Origin: an uncultured Thermoleophilia bacterium
GTDB lineage: Bacteria; Actinomycetota; Thermoleophilia; UBA2241
Direction of reading: 5' to 3'
DNA: 64,000 bases
Assembly (NCBI GenBank): GCA_963702475.1
Contig: CAVPCT010000001.1
Span: 192,001 to 256,000, forward strand
Shown here: positions 38,657-49,201 of the stretch, piece after piece
How positions within the stretch are numbered: position 1 is the stretch's first letter
How the letters are laid out: every line of letters starts with the position of its first letter
Notes under the pieces: model-generated
Databases searched by the model: none
What the model saw: the letters and a program-made list of their open reading frames with translations, nothing else
What the model was told of the DNA's origin: nothing
Program-made: the position numbers and the translations under genes

Positions 38657-39066
38657 AGGTCACGCAGCTCACCGCTTTCCTCGAGAACCGCAGCGGGCGG
38701 CTCGCCGAGGTCGCCGATATCCTCGGCAACGCCGGCATCAACATCCGCGGCTTCTCCACCACCGAGGCCGCCGAGTACGGCATCGTACGCCTCATCGTGA
38801 CCGAGCCGGAGAAGGCCCGCCGGCTGCTGCACGACGCGGGCTTCACCACACACTTCGCCCAGGTGGTGTGCGTCAAGGTCGAGGACGAGCCCGGCGGCCT
38901 GGCCCGCGTGCTCGACGAGCTCGCCGCCGCGGGCGTCTCCATCGACTATCTGTACAGCATCTCGTTCCAGTACATCTGCTTCGCCCTGCGCGACGTGGAC
39001 CGCGCGGTCGAGCTGCTCCAGGGCAAGGTCGAGATGCTGAGCGACGAGGAGGTGCTCGCCCTGTGA
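38653..39066 (+). CDS. Tandem ACT domain protein
   Basis: FLENRSGRL and VEDEPGGL. Confidence 0.88.
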   Translation: MKVTQLTAFLENRSGRLAEVADILGNAGINIRGFSTTEAAEYGIVRLIVTEPEKARRLLHDAGFTTHFAQVVCVKVEDEPGGLARVLDELAAAGVSIDYLYSISFQYICFALRDVDRAVELLQGKVEMLSDEEVLAL

Positions 39067-40415
39067 CCGCGACGTCCGAAGAACAGCACCTGGTCCGCGA
39101 CCAGGCCGGCGGCCTCTGGTGGCAGCCGGCCGCAGAGACCATGCAGCGAGAGCAGCTGCAGGCGCTGCAGCTCGACCGCCTGCGGGCGTCGCTGCAGAAC
39201 GCCTACGACAACGTCCCCTTCTACCGCAAGAAGCTGGACGAGGCCGGCGTCCTGCCCGGCGACGTGATGACGCGTGACGACGTCGCCGGGCTACCCTTCA
39301 CCACCAAGGTCGACCTCCGCGATCACTACCCGTTCGGCATGTTCGCGCGCCCGCGCGATCAAATCGTGCGCGTGCACGCCAGCTCCGGCACTACCGGTAA
39401 CCCGACCACCGTGGGCTACACGCGCGAGGACATCCTCACGTGGTGTCACCTGATCGCCCGCACCCTCGCCGCAGGGGGCGTCGAGCCCGGCGACCTGCTT
39501 CAGAACGCCTTCGGCTATGGTCTCTTCACCGGCGGCCTCGGTCTGCACACCGGCGCCGAGCTGCTCGGCTGCACCGTCGTGCCCATCTCCGGCGGCAACA
39601 CCGAGCGTCAGCTGAAGATCATGCGCGACTTCGGCGCCACCGCCCTGAGCTGCACGCCGTCGTACGCCATGTACCTCGCCGACGCCGCCCGCGACCGCGG
39701 CCTGCGCCCCGACGACCTCCCCATCAGGGTCGGCTTCTTCGGGGCCGAGCCCTGGACCAACGAGCTGCGCGTGCAGATCGAGGCCGGTCTCGGCGCCGAC
39801 GCCCTGGACATCTACGGCCTCTCCGAGATGGGCGGCCCCGGCGTCGCCTTCGAGTGCCTCTGCAAGGCGGGTATGCACATCAACGAGGACCACTACCTGG
39901 CGGAGATCGTCGATCCCGACACCCTTCGGCCGCTCCCGTTCGGCGAGGTCGGCGAGCTCGTCTTCACCACGCTCAGCCGCGAGGCCCAGCCGCTCATCCG
40001 CTACCGTACGCGCGACCTCTGCCGGCTCATCGCCGAGCCCTGTGCCTGTGGGCGCACCTCCGTGCGCATGGACAAGCCCATCGGGCGCAGCGACGACATG
40101 CTCATCATCCGCGGCGTCAACGTGTTCCCCAGCCAGATCGAAGAGGTGCTCATGGGCATCCCGGAGATCGAGCCCCACTACCAGATCGTGGTGGACCGCA
40201 AGGGGTACCTGGACGTCATCGAGGTGTGGGTCGAGGTCGGGGAGGACATCTTCGCCGAGACCATGGGCGACCTGGAGCGCTTCCAGCGCGGCGTGCAGGC
40301 GCGCGTCTTCAACGTGCTCAACATCCAGGTGGCGGTGAAGCTCAAGGAGCCGCGCACCATCCAGCGTTCCGAGGGCAAAGCAGTGCGCGTCGTCGACAGG
40401 CGCACGGCGCTCTGA
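39063..40415 (+). CDS. paaK: Phenylacetate-CoA ligase
   Basis: HASSGTTGNP, YGLFTGGLG, YGLSE and GRSDDMLIIRGVNVFP. Confidence 0.92.
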   Translation: MTATSEEQHLVRDQAGGLWWQPAAETMQREQLQALQLDRLRASLQNAYDNVPFYRKKLDEAGVLPGDVMTRDDVAGLPFTTKVDLRDHYPFGMFARPRDQIVRVHASSGTTGNPTTVGYTREDILTWCHLIARTLAAGGVEPGDLLQNAFGYGLFTGGLGLHTGAELLGCTVVPISGGNTERQLKIMRDFGATALSCTPSYAMYLADAARDRGLRPDDLPIRVGFFGAEPWTNELRVQIEAGLGADALDIYGLSEMGGPGVAFECLCKAGMHINEDHYLAEIVDPDTLRPLPFGEVGELVFTTLSREAQPLIRYRTRDLCRLIAEPCACGRTSVRMDKPIGRSDDMLIIRGVNVFPSQIEEVLMGIPEIEPHYQIVVDRKGYLDVIEVWVEVGEDIFAETMGDLERFQRGVQARVFNVLNIQVAVKLKEPRTIQRSEGKAVRVVDRRTAL

Positions 40416-40426
40416 GGACGACCTGA

Positions 40427-40466
40427 CGACGGCGGCGGGAGCGGCGAGCCGCTCCCGCCGCCGTCG
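40427..40466 (+). terminator. Long perfect GC hairpin after paaK
   Basis: CGACGGCGGCGGGAGCGGC-GA-GCCGCTCCCGCCGCCGTCG. Confidence 0.6.
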
Positions 40467-40474
40467 CGTCTCCC

Positions 40475-41560
40475 ATGCCGCTGCCGCTGCGCACCTCGAG
40501 GCTGACCATCCGGCCGCTCGGGGCCGGCGACGCGGCCGACGTCCTCGCCGTGTACGGCGACCCGGTGGTACTGCGGCACTGGAACAGCGCCCCCCTGGAC
40601 GACCCGCACGAGGCCGCGGCGTGGGCGGCGAGACAGGGCGAGCGGCACCGCTCGCTCGGCTTCGCCCAGTGGCACGTGAGCCGCCGCGACGACGGCGCCT
40701 TCGTAGGGTGCCTGGGCCTCCAGCCGCTCGGCGACGAGGTGGAGATCCTCTACGCCCTGCAGCCCCGGTCCTGGGGGCACGGCTTCGCGGCGGAGGCCGG
40801 ACGGGCCGCGCTCCGCTACGCGTTTCTGGAGGCCGGACTCCCGCGGGTGGTGGCCATCGCCCGCGAGGCGAACGAGAGGTCACTCCGGGTGCTCGAGCGG
40901 CTCGCGATGCGGCCCCGGGGCACGGCCACCCACTGGGACAGCGAGTGGCTGGAGTACGGGCTCACGGCGGAGGCGTGGCGCGACGGCCGCGCCGTGGTGT
41001 CGCCGCCGCTTCCGACCGCTCGTCTGGAGCTGCGCCGCTTCGTGCCCGGGGACCTGGAAGGGCTCGCCCGGGTCTTCGGCGACCCCGACGTCATGCGGTT
41101 CGTCGGCGAGAGCCGGGAGCCGCTGGACGCAGCCCGGCTTGCCGCATCCCAGGAGAGTGTGCTTGAGCACTGGCGGGCACACGGGTTCGGCCCGCTCACC
41201 CTCGTGGAGCGGGCCTCCGGCCGCGTGGTGGGCGAGGCGGGCCTGCAGCTGCTCGAGCACGGTCCCGACGTCGAGCTCACGTACACGCTGGCGCGCGCCG
41301 TGTGGGGTCGCGGCTACGCGACCGAGGCCGCGCGCGCCGTTCTGCGCTGGGCTTTCGCCGGGCTGCGCCTGCCGCGCGTCGTGGCGGTGACGTGGCCGCA
41401 GAACACCGCCTCCGTGCGCGTCGTGCGCAAGCTCGGCCTGGCGCCGCGAGGGATGAGGAGGTGCTACGGCGGAGAGCTCGCCGAGTACGATCTTCAGATG
41501 GGCGAGTGGCGCCGCCGCGGCGATGCGCCTGCCGGCCGCCTGGAGACGCCGGTCGGATGA
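40475..41560 (+). CDS. Tandem RimJ/RimL GNAT N-acetyltransferase
   Basis: Two repeats of TxRL...WGxGxA.EA...N.xS.RV. Confidence 0.88.
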   Translation: MPLPLRTSRLTIRPLGAGDAADVLAVYGDPVVLRHWNSAPLDDPHEAAAWAARQGERHRSLGFAQWHVSRRDDGAFVGCLGLQPLGDEVEILYALQPRSWGHGFAAEAGRAALRYAFLEAGLPRVVAIAREANERSLRVLERLAMRPRGTATHWDSEWLEYGLTAEAWRDGRAVVSPPLPTARLELRRFVPGDLEGLARVFGDPDVMRFVGESREPLDAARLAASQESVLEHWRAHGFGPLTLVERASGRVVGEAGLQLLEHGPDVELTYTLARAVWGRGYATEAARAVLRWAFAGLRLPRVVAVTWPQNTASVRVVRKLGLAPRGMRRCYGGELAEYDLQMGEWRRRGDAPAGRLETPVG

Positions 41561-41640
41561 CCCGGGGCCGGCCGCCCGGCCGCATGCCCGTCGGTCCGGC
41601 CGGCGCCGCCCGAGTGCGGGCGCAGGCGCGCCCGTCGAGC

Positions 41641-43803
41641 TCAGTGCTTGTCCGGCCCCGCAGTCGGCGTGACCGTGGGCGCCGGCGCCGTGGGCGTTGG
41701 CTGCGGCGCCGTGGGCGTGGGTTGGGGCGTGGTGGGCTTGGGCGACGGGGTGGGCTGCACGGTCGGTTTGATCGTCTTCGTCGGGCCCGGCTCGGGAGTG
41801 GCGCTCTCGCTCGAAGCGGCCGACGGCGAGGCCGACGGCGACATGGCCTGCATCTTGCCCTGCCAGAAGCCGAAGGTCCACGGCACTATCGCGAAGGCGG
41901 GGTGCTTCGAGTCTCCGAGCGCCGCGGCGAAGAACTTGGCCCACATCGGCGCGCAGTAGGTGCCGCCGTAGGCGCCGCTCATGGGTGAGTTCTTCTCGGC
42001 GTCGCCCATCCACACGGAGGCGGCGAGGTTGGGCGTGTAGCCCACGTACCACACGTCCCAGCCGTTCTCGGTGGTGCCTGTCTTGCCGGCGCGCGGGTAC
42101 GGGAAGTACGACCCGGTGGCCGAGCCGGTGCCCCCGGTGGCGACGCGTTCCAGGCAGGTGGTGACCACGCTGGCCACACCGGCGGGGATGGCGCGCTTGC
42201 CCTTGGTCTTGGGCTTCCAGTCCACGCGCCCGTTGGTGAGCACGACCTTCACGATGGCCTGCGGTCTGCGATAGATGCCGCCGGCGGCCAGGGTGGCGTA
42301 GGCGCTCGCCATCTCGAGCGGCGTGACGCCGGAGGTGCCCAGCGTGATGGACGGCACCTCGTCGAGCGGGCTCTTGATGCCCAACTTGTGCGCGAGGGCC
42401 ACGGTGTTCTCGGGGCCGACATCCACGCTCAGCTGGGCGAAGACCACGTTGTCAGAGATGGTGGTGGCGGCCGACACGCTCTCGGGCCCACCGGGGCCGT
42501 CGCCGTTGACCACCCACGGCTCGGCCCCGTAGCCCATCGGGATGATGATGGGGCTCTGGGACGAGTAGTAGGTGCTGTCGGGGTTCATGCCCTGCATCAC
42601 GCCTGTGGCGAGGACGAAAGGCTTCATGGAGGAGCCCGCCTGGCGGCGCGCCTGCCACGCGAGGTTGAACTTCTGCTTCTTGTAGTCGAGGCCGCCGACC
42701 ATGGTGCGGATGTAGCCGTTGCGCGGGTCGATGGCGACCAGGGCCGCCGACGGCTTGAAGCCGAAGTCCAGCGGCCCGGTGGTGCTCTTGATGACCTTGA
42801 TGGCCTCGCGCTGCCACGCCATGTCGATGCTGGTGTAGACCTTGAGCCCGCCCTCGAACACCTGGCGCGAACCGTAGCGTTTGGTGAGCACGCGCGTGAC
42901 GTAGTCGGTGAAGTAGTCGGCCATGCTGTTGTTCTTGTTGGGAGGGTGCTTGAACACGCCAAGGGCCTTCGTGGTGGTCTTGTCGGCGCGCTCCTGCGTG
43001 ATGTAGCCCTGATCGGCCATCAGCTGGAGCACGATGCTGCGCCGTTCCTTGGCGAGCTTGGGATCGGTGGTGGGCGCGTACTGGGTGGGGAACTTGGGGA
43101 GCGCGGCCAGCAGCGCGGCGTCCTGCAGGTTGAGGTCCTTGGCGTGCTTGTGGAAGTACGTGAGCGCCGCCGCCTCGACGCCGTACGCGCCGGCGCCGTA
43201 ATACACCGTGTTGAGGTAGGCGGTGAGGATGTGGTCCTTGGTCCACTTGTCCTCGAGCTGCCACGCCAGTACGGCCTCGCGCAGCTTGCGCGTGTAGGTG
43301 CGCTCGTTGCCGACGTAGGCGTTCTTGACGTACTGCTCGGTGATGGTGGACCCGCCCTGCACCACGGTGCCGGCGCGGAGGTTGAGCACCATGGCGCGCA
43401 TGACGCTCTTGAAGTCGACGCCGTGGTGCTGGTAGAAGCGCTCGTCCTCGACGGCCACGGTGGCGTCCTTCATCACCTGCGGGATCTGCTCGCTGGGCAC
43501 GAGGACGCGGTTCTCGGCCCCGTGCAGCTCGGCGATGAGCTCGCCGTGGCGGTCGTAGATGGTGGTGTTGACCGCGTTGCGCCGCTTCTCGAGCTGGTCC
43601 AGCGACGGCAGGTTGCGGGAGACGGCGAAGATGGCGCCGGCCGCGGCGCAGAGCGTGGCGATGGCGACGAGCAGCACAACGATACCCGTGACCTTCAGCC
43701 ACAGGTACTTGCGCTTGCCGCGCCGCTTCTGCTTCTGACGCCGCTGGCGCCCGCGGCGCGCCACGCTCGCCGGGTCGCTGCGGTACCGGGTGTACTCAGC
43801 CAT
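41641..43803 (-). CDS. Class A penicillin-binding protein (PBP1A-like)
   Basis: EDERFY, GGSTITEQ, RKLRE, SSMK, SDN, KTGT and a Pro/Thr-rich tail. Confidence 0.93.
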   Translation of the reverse strand: MAEYTRYRSDPASVARRGRQRRQKQKRRGKRKYLWLKVTGIVVLLVAIATLCAAAGAIFAVSRNLPSLDQLEKRRNAVNTTIYDRHGELIAELHGAENRVLVPSEQIPQVMKDATVAVEDERFYQHHGVDFKSVMRAMVLNLRAGTVVQGGSTITEQYVKNAYVGNERTYTRKLREAVLAWQLEDKWTKDHILTAYLNTVYYGAGAYGVEAAALTYFHKHAKDLNLQDAALLAALPKFPTQYAPTTDPKLAKERRSIVLQLMADQGYITQERADKTTTKALGVFKHPPNKNNSMADYFTDYVTRVLTKRYGSRQVFEGGLKVYTSIDMAWQREAIKVIKSTTGPLDFGFKPSAALVAIDPRNGYIRTMVGGLDYKKQKFNLAWQARRQAGSSMKPFVLATGVMQGMNPDSTYYSSQSPIIIPMGYGAEPWVVNGDGPGGPESVSAATTISDNVVFAQLSVDVGPENTVALAHKLGIKSPLDEVPSITLGTSGVTPLEMASAYATLAAGGIYRRPQAIVKVVLTNGRVDWKPKTKGKRAIPAGVASVVTTCLERVATGGTGSATGSYFPYPRAGKTGTTENGWDVWYVGYTPNLAASVWMGDAEKNSPMSGAYGGTYCAPMWAKFFAAALGDSKHPAFAIVPWTFGFWQGKMQAMSPSASPSAASSESATPEPGPTKTIKPTVQPTPSPKPTTPQPTPTAPQPTPTAPAPTVTPTAGPDKH

Positions 43804-43851
43804 GACTGTTCATTCTACTGGACGAGGTGACGCGGGAGCCGCGCGCCACGT

Positions 43852-44649
43852 TCAGGCCGGCGCGCGGCTGAGATCGTCGTCCCCCGGGTCCTCGTGGCGC
43901 ACGACCCTCCCCTTCTTGGGCGCGACCCGGCGCGCGAGCGGGATGCTGATCTCGTAGAGGACGAGGAGCGGCACGAGCATGGCGAGCATGGAGAAGGGGT
44001 CCTGGCTGGGCGTGATGATGGCGGCGGCGATGGCCATGATGACGATCGCCCAGCGACGGTTCTTCTTGAGGAACCTGTCGTCGATGACGCCGACCTTGGC
44101 GAGCAGCACGAGGATGACCGGCATCTCGAAGACCGCCCCGAAGGCGAGGATGAAGAGGGCCACGAAGGTGAAGTAATCGGTGGCCCGGTTCTGGATGTTG
44201 AAGCTGCCGGCGTTGAAGCCCAGCAGGAACTGCAGGCCGCGCGGCAGGACCACGAGGTAGCCGAAGACGACGCCCCCGAGGAAGAGGGCGCTGGTGGCCA
44301 CGACGATGGGGTAGAAGTACTTCTTCTCGCCGGAGGAGAAGGCCGGCCCCACGTAGGCCCACAGCTGCCAGATGAGGAAGGGGCTGGCCATGAGGATGGC
44401 GGCCACCACCCAGACCTTGAGGCTGATGAGGAACGGCTCCGTGGGGCTGAAGGTGGCGATCTTGTAGGCCGCGGGGTCGAGGTTCGGGACCTGGTTCAGG
44501 GGATAGAGGAGCAGGTCGAAGACGCGGTCGCTGAAGATGGAGGCGATGAGCAGCCCGACGGCGAGCGCGATGACGCACATGACGATGCGCTTGCGCAGCT
44601 CGTCGAGGTGTTCGTACAGGCTGAGGCGTGCTTCGGGGTCGACGGGCAT
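43852..44649 (-). CDS. tatC: Twin-arginine translocase TatC
   Basis: EHLDELRKR, PTEPF, FEMP, ITPSQDP and LYEISI. Confidence 0.95.
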   Translation of the reverse strand: MPVDPEARLSLYEHLDELRKRIVMCVIALAVGLLIASIFSDRVFDLLLYPLNQVPNLDPAAYKIATFSPTEPFLISLKVWVVAAILMASPFLIWQLWAYVGPAFSSGEKKYFYPIVVATSALFLGGVVFGYLVVLPRGLQFLLGFNAGSFNIQNRATDYFTFVALFILAFGAVFEMPVILVLLAKVGVIDDRFLKKNRRWAIVIMAIAAAIITPSQDPFSMLAMLVPLLVLYEISIPLARRVAPKKGRVVRHEDPGDDDLSRAPA

Positions 44650-44656
44650 GGCGGCG

Positions 44657-45196
44657 TCAGGCGTCCTTGTCGGCGGCGGCGGTGTCGCGCTCGCCGGTCG
44701 CGGTGGCCGAGGAGCCGTTGCCCGACGGCTTCTGGCCGAGCATCTCTTCGAGCACGGCGTCGTTCATGGCGATGCCGGCGCCCTGTGGCCAGGAGTCGTC
44801 ATCGTCGACGGGTGGGGCCACCTGCACGGGCTTGTCGACGGCCGCAGCGCCCGCGCTCTTCGCGGCGCCGGCGCCGATGACCGTCTTGGCCACCGACATC
44901 GGGCTCTTGAGGTCGATGGACATGCCGGCCTTGATCGCGCCGAGCGCCTCGCCGGCGCCGGTGCTCTTGACGTCGTCCTTGACGCCGTTGTAGTCGCTGG
45001 TGATGCCGTCCCGCACGCCCTTGAACTCGTCGATGACCTCGTCCAGCCCCAGCTCTGACTTGGCCGAGTTGGTGGCGCGCCGGAACTCGCGGACGGCGCG
45101 CCCCAGGCTGCGCCCGGCCTGGGGCAGGCGATTCGGCCCGAAGATCAGCAGGGCGATGACGAGCACAAGGATGATCTCCATGGGGCCGACGCTCAC
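44657..45196 (-). CDS. TatA/TatB family subunit with a long C-terminal tail
   Basis: GPMEIILVLVIALLIFGPNRLP...LGRAVREFRRA. Confidence 0.88.
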   Translation of the reverse strand: MSVGPMEIILVLVIALLIFGPNRLPQAGRSLGRAVREFRRATNSAKSELGLDEVIDEFKGVRDGITSDYNGVKDDVKSTGAGEALGAIKAGMSIDLKSPMSVAKTVIGAGAAKSAGAAAVDKPVQVAPPVDDDDSWPQGAGIAMNDAVLEEMLGQKPSGNGSSATATGERDTAAADKDA

Positions 45197-45386
45197 GGGG
45201 GGGTACCTCGAGTCGGGAGGGTATCGAGCGCCACTAATCTTAGAGGGGCCGCTGCGCAGATTCAACGCGGCCCCCTCCGCCCGCCGCCGTTGCTGCTCCG
45301 TCCGCGCCTCGGCGTTTCAAAAACACGCGGGAAACGCCTGCAAATGACGTATGAAGCGGGGATACCCCCGGAGGTTCTTCTCGTAG

Positions 45387-45416
45387 TTGCCCGGCGCGCA
45401 CCCCGTTTGATATAGT
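45387..45416 (+). promoter_or_regulatory. Probable nuo operon promoter
   Basis: TTGCCC-18 nt-TATAGT with an extended -10 TGn; upstream inverted repeat GGCGTTTC/GAAACGCC at 45311-45338. Confidence 0.55.
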
Positions 45417-45451
45417 CCGCCACGCGCCTCGCACCGGGGTGGGTCGGTGCC

Positions 45452-45841
45452 TTGGCGCTTCTGCTCATGGGGATGATCGCGACATACCTAACAGACTGGG
45501 TCTACGTCTGGCTGTTCATCGTCGCCGGGGCGGCGCTGGTGGTCGCCATCCTGCTGTTCTCCAAGGTCATCAACCCCAGCCACCCCACGCCCGAGAAGCT
45601 GTCCACGTACGAATGCGGCATCCCGCCGGTCGGCAACCCGTGGGCGCCGTTCGCGGTGCGGTACTACGTGGTCGCACTGCTGTTCCTGGTCTTCGACGTG
45701 GAGGCCGTGTTCCTGTTCCCGTGGGCACTCGTGTTCCGCTCGCTCGGCACGGCGGGCTTCGTCGAGATGCTGCTGTTCATCGCCGTCCTCGGTCTCGGCC
45801 TGCTGTACGCGTGGCGAAAGGGGGCGCTGGAGTGGGCGTGA
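45452..45841 (+). CDS. nuoA: Complex I subunit A
   Basis: [21 protein letters not shown]. Confidence 0.95.
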   Translation: MALLLMGMIATYLTDWVYVWLFIVAGAALVVAILLFSKVINPSHPTPEKLSTYECGIPPVGNPWAPFAVRYYVVALLFLVFDVEAVFLFPWALVFRSLGTAGFVEMLLFIAVLGLGLLYAWRKGALEWA

Positions 45842-46377
45842 GCGACCTGCGCTACCCGAAGCTCGAGAACTTCAACAAGCCCAACGTCATCACCACGACC
45901 GCGGACTTCGTATTCAGCTGGGCGCGCTCGCATTCCGTGTTCCCGTTCACCTACGGTCTGGCCTGCTGCGCCATCGAGATGCTGAGCTCGGGCTTCGCCC
46001 GCTTCGACGTGGCGCGGTACGGCATGGAGGTCTTCCGGCCGACCCCGCGCCAGTGTGACCTCATGATCGTGGCCGGCACGTGCAACGAGAAGATGGCACC
46101 GGTGCTCCGCCGCCTGTACGACCAGATGGCCGAGCCCAAGTGGGTCATCAGCATGGGCGCCTGCGCCACCAGCGGCGGGCCCTTCTACGACGGCTACAAC
46201 GTCGTCAACGGCGTCGACAAGATCGTGCCGGTCGACGTGTACATCCCCGGCTGCCCGCCGCGTCCCGAGGCCCTGTTCCAGGGGCTGCTGGAGCTTCAGG
46301 GCAAGATCCAGCGCCACAAGTTCGTGGCCGAGCTGCCCGAAGTGGGCGCCGGCGGCGACGTCGCCGAGAAGGGCTGA
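45838..46377 (+). CDS. nuoB: Complex I subunit B
   Basis: [23 protein letters not shown]. Confidence 0.95.
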   Translation: MSDLRYPKLENFNKPNVITTTADFVFSWARSHSVFPFTYGLACCAIEMLSSGFARFDVARYGMEVFRPTPRQCDLMIVAGTCNEKMAPVLRRLYDQMAEPKWVISMGACATSGGPFYDGYNVVNGVDKIVPVDVYIPGCPPRPEALFQGLLELQGKIQRHKFVAELPEVGAGGDVAEKG

Positions 46378-46378
46378 C

Positions 46379-46873
46379 GTGGCGCTCGAGGTCGGCAGCA
46401 ACCCCATGAGCATGGACGCCATCGCGGAGACGCTGGCGGCCGACTTCGGCGGCGATGTCGGCGACGTGCACGTGCAGGAGCCCGACACCATCGTGGCGCG
46501 CTGCGACCGTGCCGTGCTCAAGTCGGTGGCACGGCGTCTCAAGGAGCACCCGCTGATCGGCTATCAGACGCTCAACTTCATCGCCGGTGTCGACCGCATG
46601 AAGCACTTCGACAGCGTGTACCACGTGTACTCGTGGAAGACCAACACGTGGCTGCAGCTCAGCGTCGAGGTCCCGTTCGGCACGCCCGAGGTCGACACCG
46701 TCACCGACGTGTGGCCGGCCGCCGACTGGCACGAGCGCGAGGCGTGGGACATGGTCGGCATCGTCTATGTCGGCCACCCCGACCTGCGCCGCATCCTGCT
46801 CAAGGACGACTTCGTCGGGCACCCGTTGCGCAAGGACTACATCGACAGCGCGGAGAACCACCCGCATGTTTGA
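46379..46873 (+). CDS. nuoC: Complex I subunit C
   Basis: [11 protein letters not shown]...GHPDLRRIL...GHPLRKDY. Confidence 0.95.
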   Translation: MALEVGSNPMSMDAIAETLAADFGGDVGDVHVQEPDTIVARCDRAVLKSVARRLKEHPLIGYQTLNFIAGVDRMKHFDSVYHVYSWKTNTWLQLSVEVPFGTPEVDTVTDVWPAADWHEREAWDMVGIVYVGHPDLRRILLKDDFVGHPLRKDYIDSAENHPHV

Positions 46874-48082
46874 CCAGTTCGCCACCGTCGAGCCGGACGA
46901 GGCCGTCAAGCTCGCGCTGCGACGCCTCGACGAAGCGAACGCGCGCGGCGAGGGATCGAACCTGGAGGGCATCGCCCTCGACGAGGTGGTCGTCAACATG
47001 GGCCCGCAGCACCCCTCCACGCACGGCGTGCTGCGTCTCGTGTGCACCCTCGACGGCGAGCTCATCAAGGATGTCATCCCGGTGATCGGCTACCTGCATC
47101 GCTGCAAGGAGAAGCTCGCCGAGAAGCGCACGTACTACCAGTACATCCCCATCGTCGACCGCACCGAGTACCTCGCCAGCATCAACTGCGAGTGGGGCTA
47201 CGTGCTGGCGGTCGAGAAGCTCATGGGCATCACGCCGCCGCGGCGGGTGGAGTTCATCCGCGTCATCAGCGGCGAGCTCATGCGCATCGCCAGCCACCTC
47301 GTGGCCGTCGGCACGTTCGTGGCCGACCTCTCGCCGCTGGGCACCGCCATGGGCTTCTACACGTTCCGCGACCGCGAGATCGTCCTCGACCTGCTCGAGT
47401 CGCTCACGGGCGCGCGCATGATGTTCAACTACTTCCGTTTCGGCGGGTGTGCGCTACGACCTGCCCGACGGCTGGATAGAGCAGTGCCGCGACTTCCTGA
47501 AGAAGATGCCGAAGCTCATTGACGAGTACGAGGCGCTGTGCAGCGACAACGCCATCTTCTTGCAGCGCACCATGGGCAAGGGCGTGATCACGCAGCAGGA
47601 CGTCATGGACTACGGCATCACGGGCCCCAACGCGCGCGCCTCGGGCGTCGCCCTCGACCTGCGCCGCGCCAAGCCGTACTCGGTCTATCCGGAGCTCGAC
47701 TTCGAGCTGTGCGTGGAGAGCCACGGCGACGTGTACGACCGGTACCTCGTGCGCATCCGCGAGATGCGCGAGTGCGTCAAGATCGTGGAGCAGTGCCTCG
47801 ACATGCTGCCCGAAGGGCCCCGTCCAGCTCGGCTCGCTGCGCGCCCCCTACGTCATCACGCCGCCGCCGGGCGCCGTGTACGTGGGCCAGGAGAACCCGC
47901 GCGGCGAGTACGGCACCTACATCGAGAGCGACGGCTCGCGGTACCCGTACCGTCTCAAGTTCCGCGACCCCTGCTTCTGCAACCTGCAGCTCTTCCCCAA
48001 GCTGCTCACCGGCATCAAGATCGCCGACGCCATCGCCGTGTCCGGGAGCATCGACCTCGTGCTCGGAGGCATCGACCGATGA
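46866..48082 (+). CDS. nuoD: Complex I subunit D (two +1 frameshifts near 47446 and 47820, probably sequencing errors)
   Basis: [20 protein letters not shown] and [11 protein letters not shown] are spread over three track ORFs. Confidence 0.92.
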
Positions 48083-49201
48083 TCGACGTCATCCTCGCGA
48101 TCCTCCGCGCGATCCTGTTCGTCGTGATCGCCTACTCGGTGCTCATGGTCGCGGCGCTCGTCAACATCCTGCTGGAGCGCCGCGCCCTGGCCTTCATGCA
48201 GGACCGCCTCGGTCCCAACCGCACCGGCTGGCAGGGCACGCTGCAGAGCGTCGCCGACGCCTTCAAGATGATGGGCAAGGAGGACTTCCGCCCGGCCCTG
48301 GCCGACCCCTTCCTGTTCACCCTCGCGCCGATCATCGTCATGATCGGCGCCGTCGGTGTGCAGCTCGCGCTGCCGTACACCAACGGCCTCACCGGCGCGA
48401 GCCTCGACGTCGGCATCATCTTCATCGTCGCCATCACCGGATTCACGACGCTGGCCATCCTCATCGGAGGCTGGTCGTCACGCAACAAGTTCTCCCTCGT
48501 CGGCGCCCTGCGCGCCGCCGCGCAGATGGTCTCGGTACGAGATCCCCATGATCCTGGGCCTGCTCGTCGTGGCCATGGTCGTCGGCTCGCTCAATCTGAA
48601 CGCGGTCGTGGCGGCGCAGGCGGACTACCAGTGGATCGCCTTCTACGCGCCGTTCACCTTCTTCATCTTCTACGTCGCCTCCATCGCGGAGCTGAACCGC
48701 GGCCCGTTCGACCTTCCCGAAGGCGAGTCGGAGCTCGTGGCCGGCTACGTCACCGAGTACTCGGGCATGCGCTTCGGCATGTTCTACCTCAATGAGTACG
48801 GCGGCCTCACCATCATGTCCATGGTCGCCGTCACGCTGTTCTTCGGCGGGTGGCAGGGCCCCTATTCCGACGCCATCGTGTTCTGGAACGTGTCCTGGCT
48901 CGGCATCGTGTACTTCCTCATCAAGACGTACATCCTGGTGTTCGCCCTCATCTGGATACGCCTGTCGCTGCCGCGACTGCAGGTCGACCAGCTCATGGCG
49001 TTCGCCTGGAAGATCCTCATCCCGCTGGGGCTCGTCAACATCCTCTGCACGGCCGCCATCATGCTGTGGGCGCCGCAGTGGAAGCTGGCCATGGCCGCCT
49101 TCAGCTGGGTCGCCCTGATCGCCTTCGCCGGCCTGTTCGACCCCATCCTCAAACGGCGCCTGCGCAAGCAGCGTGAGCGCCAGCCGGTGGTGAACGTCTG
49201 A
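48079..49201 (+). CDS. nuoH: Complex I subunit H (+1 frameshift near 48535)
   Basis: ERR...QDRLGPN, AAQMVS/YEIP, AELNRGPFDLPEGESELVAG. Confidence 0.92.

Noticed and set aside
41655-41770. Tandem-like repeats at the end of the PBP gene
   Set aside because: They encode an ordinary Pro/Thr linker tail.
46866-48082. nuoB/nuoD as a group 4 [NiFe]-hydrogenase
   Set aside because: NuoD lacks both Ni-binding CxxC motifs and ends in GGIDR, as in complex I.
47440-48540. Programmed ribosomal frameshifting in nuoD or nuoH
   Set aside because: No slippery heptamers or stimulatory structures; the same +1 pattern recurs in unrelated genes.
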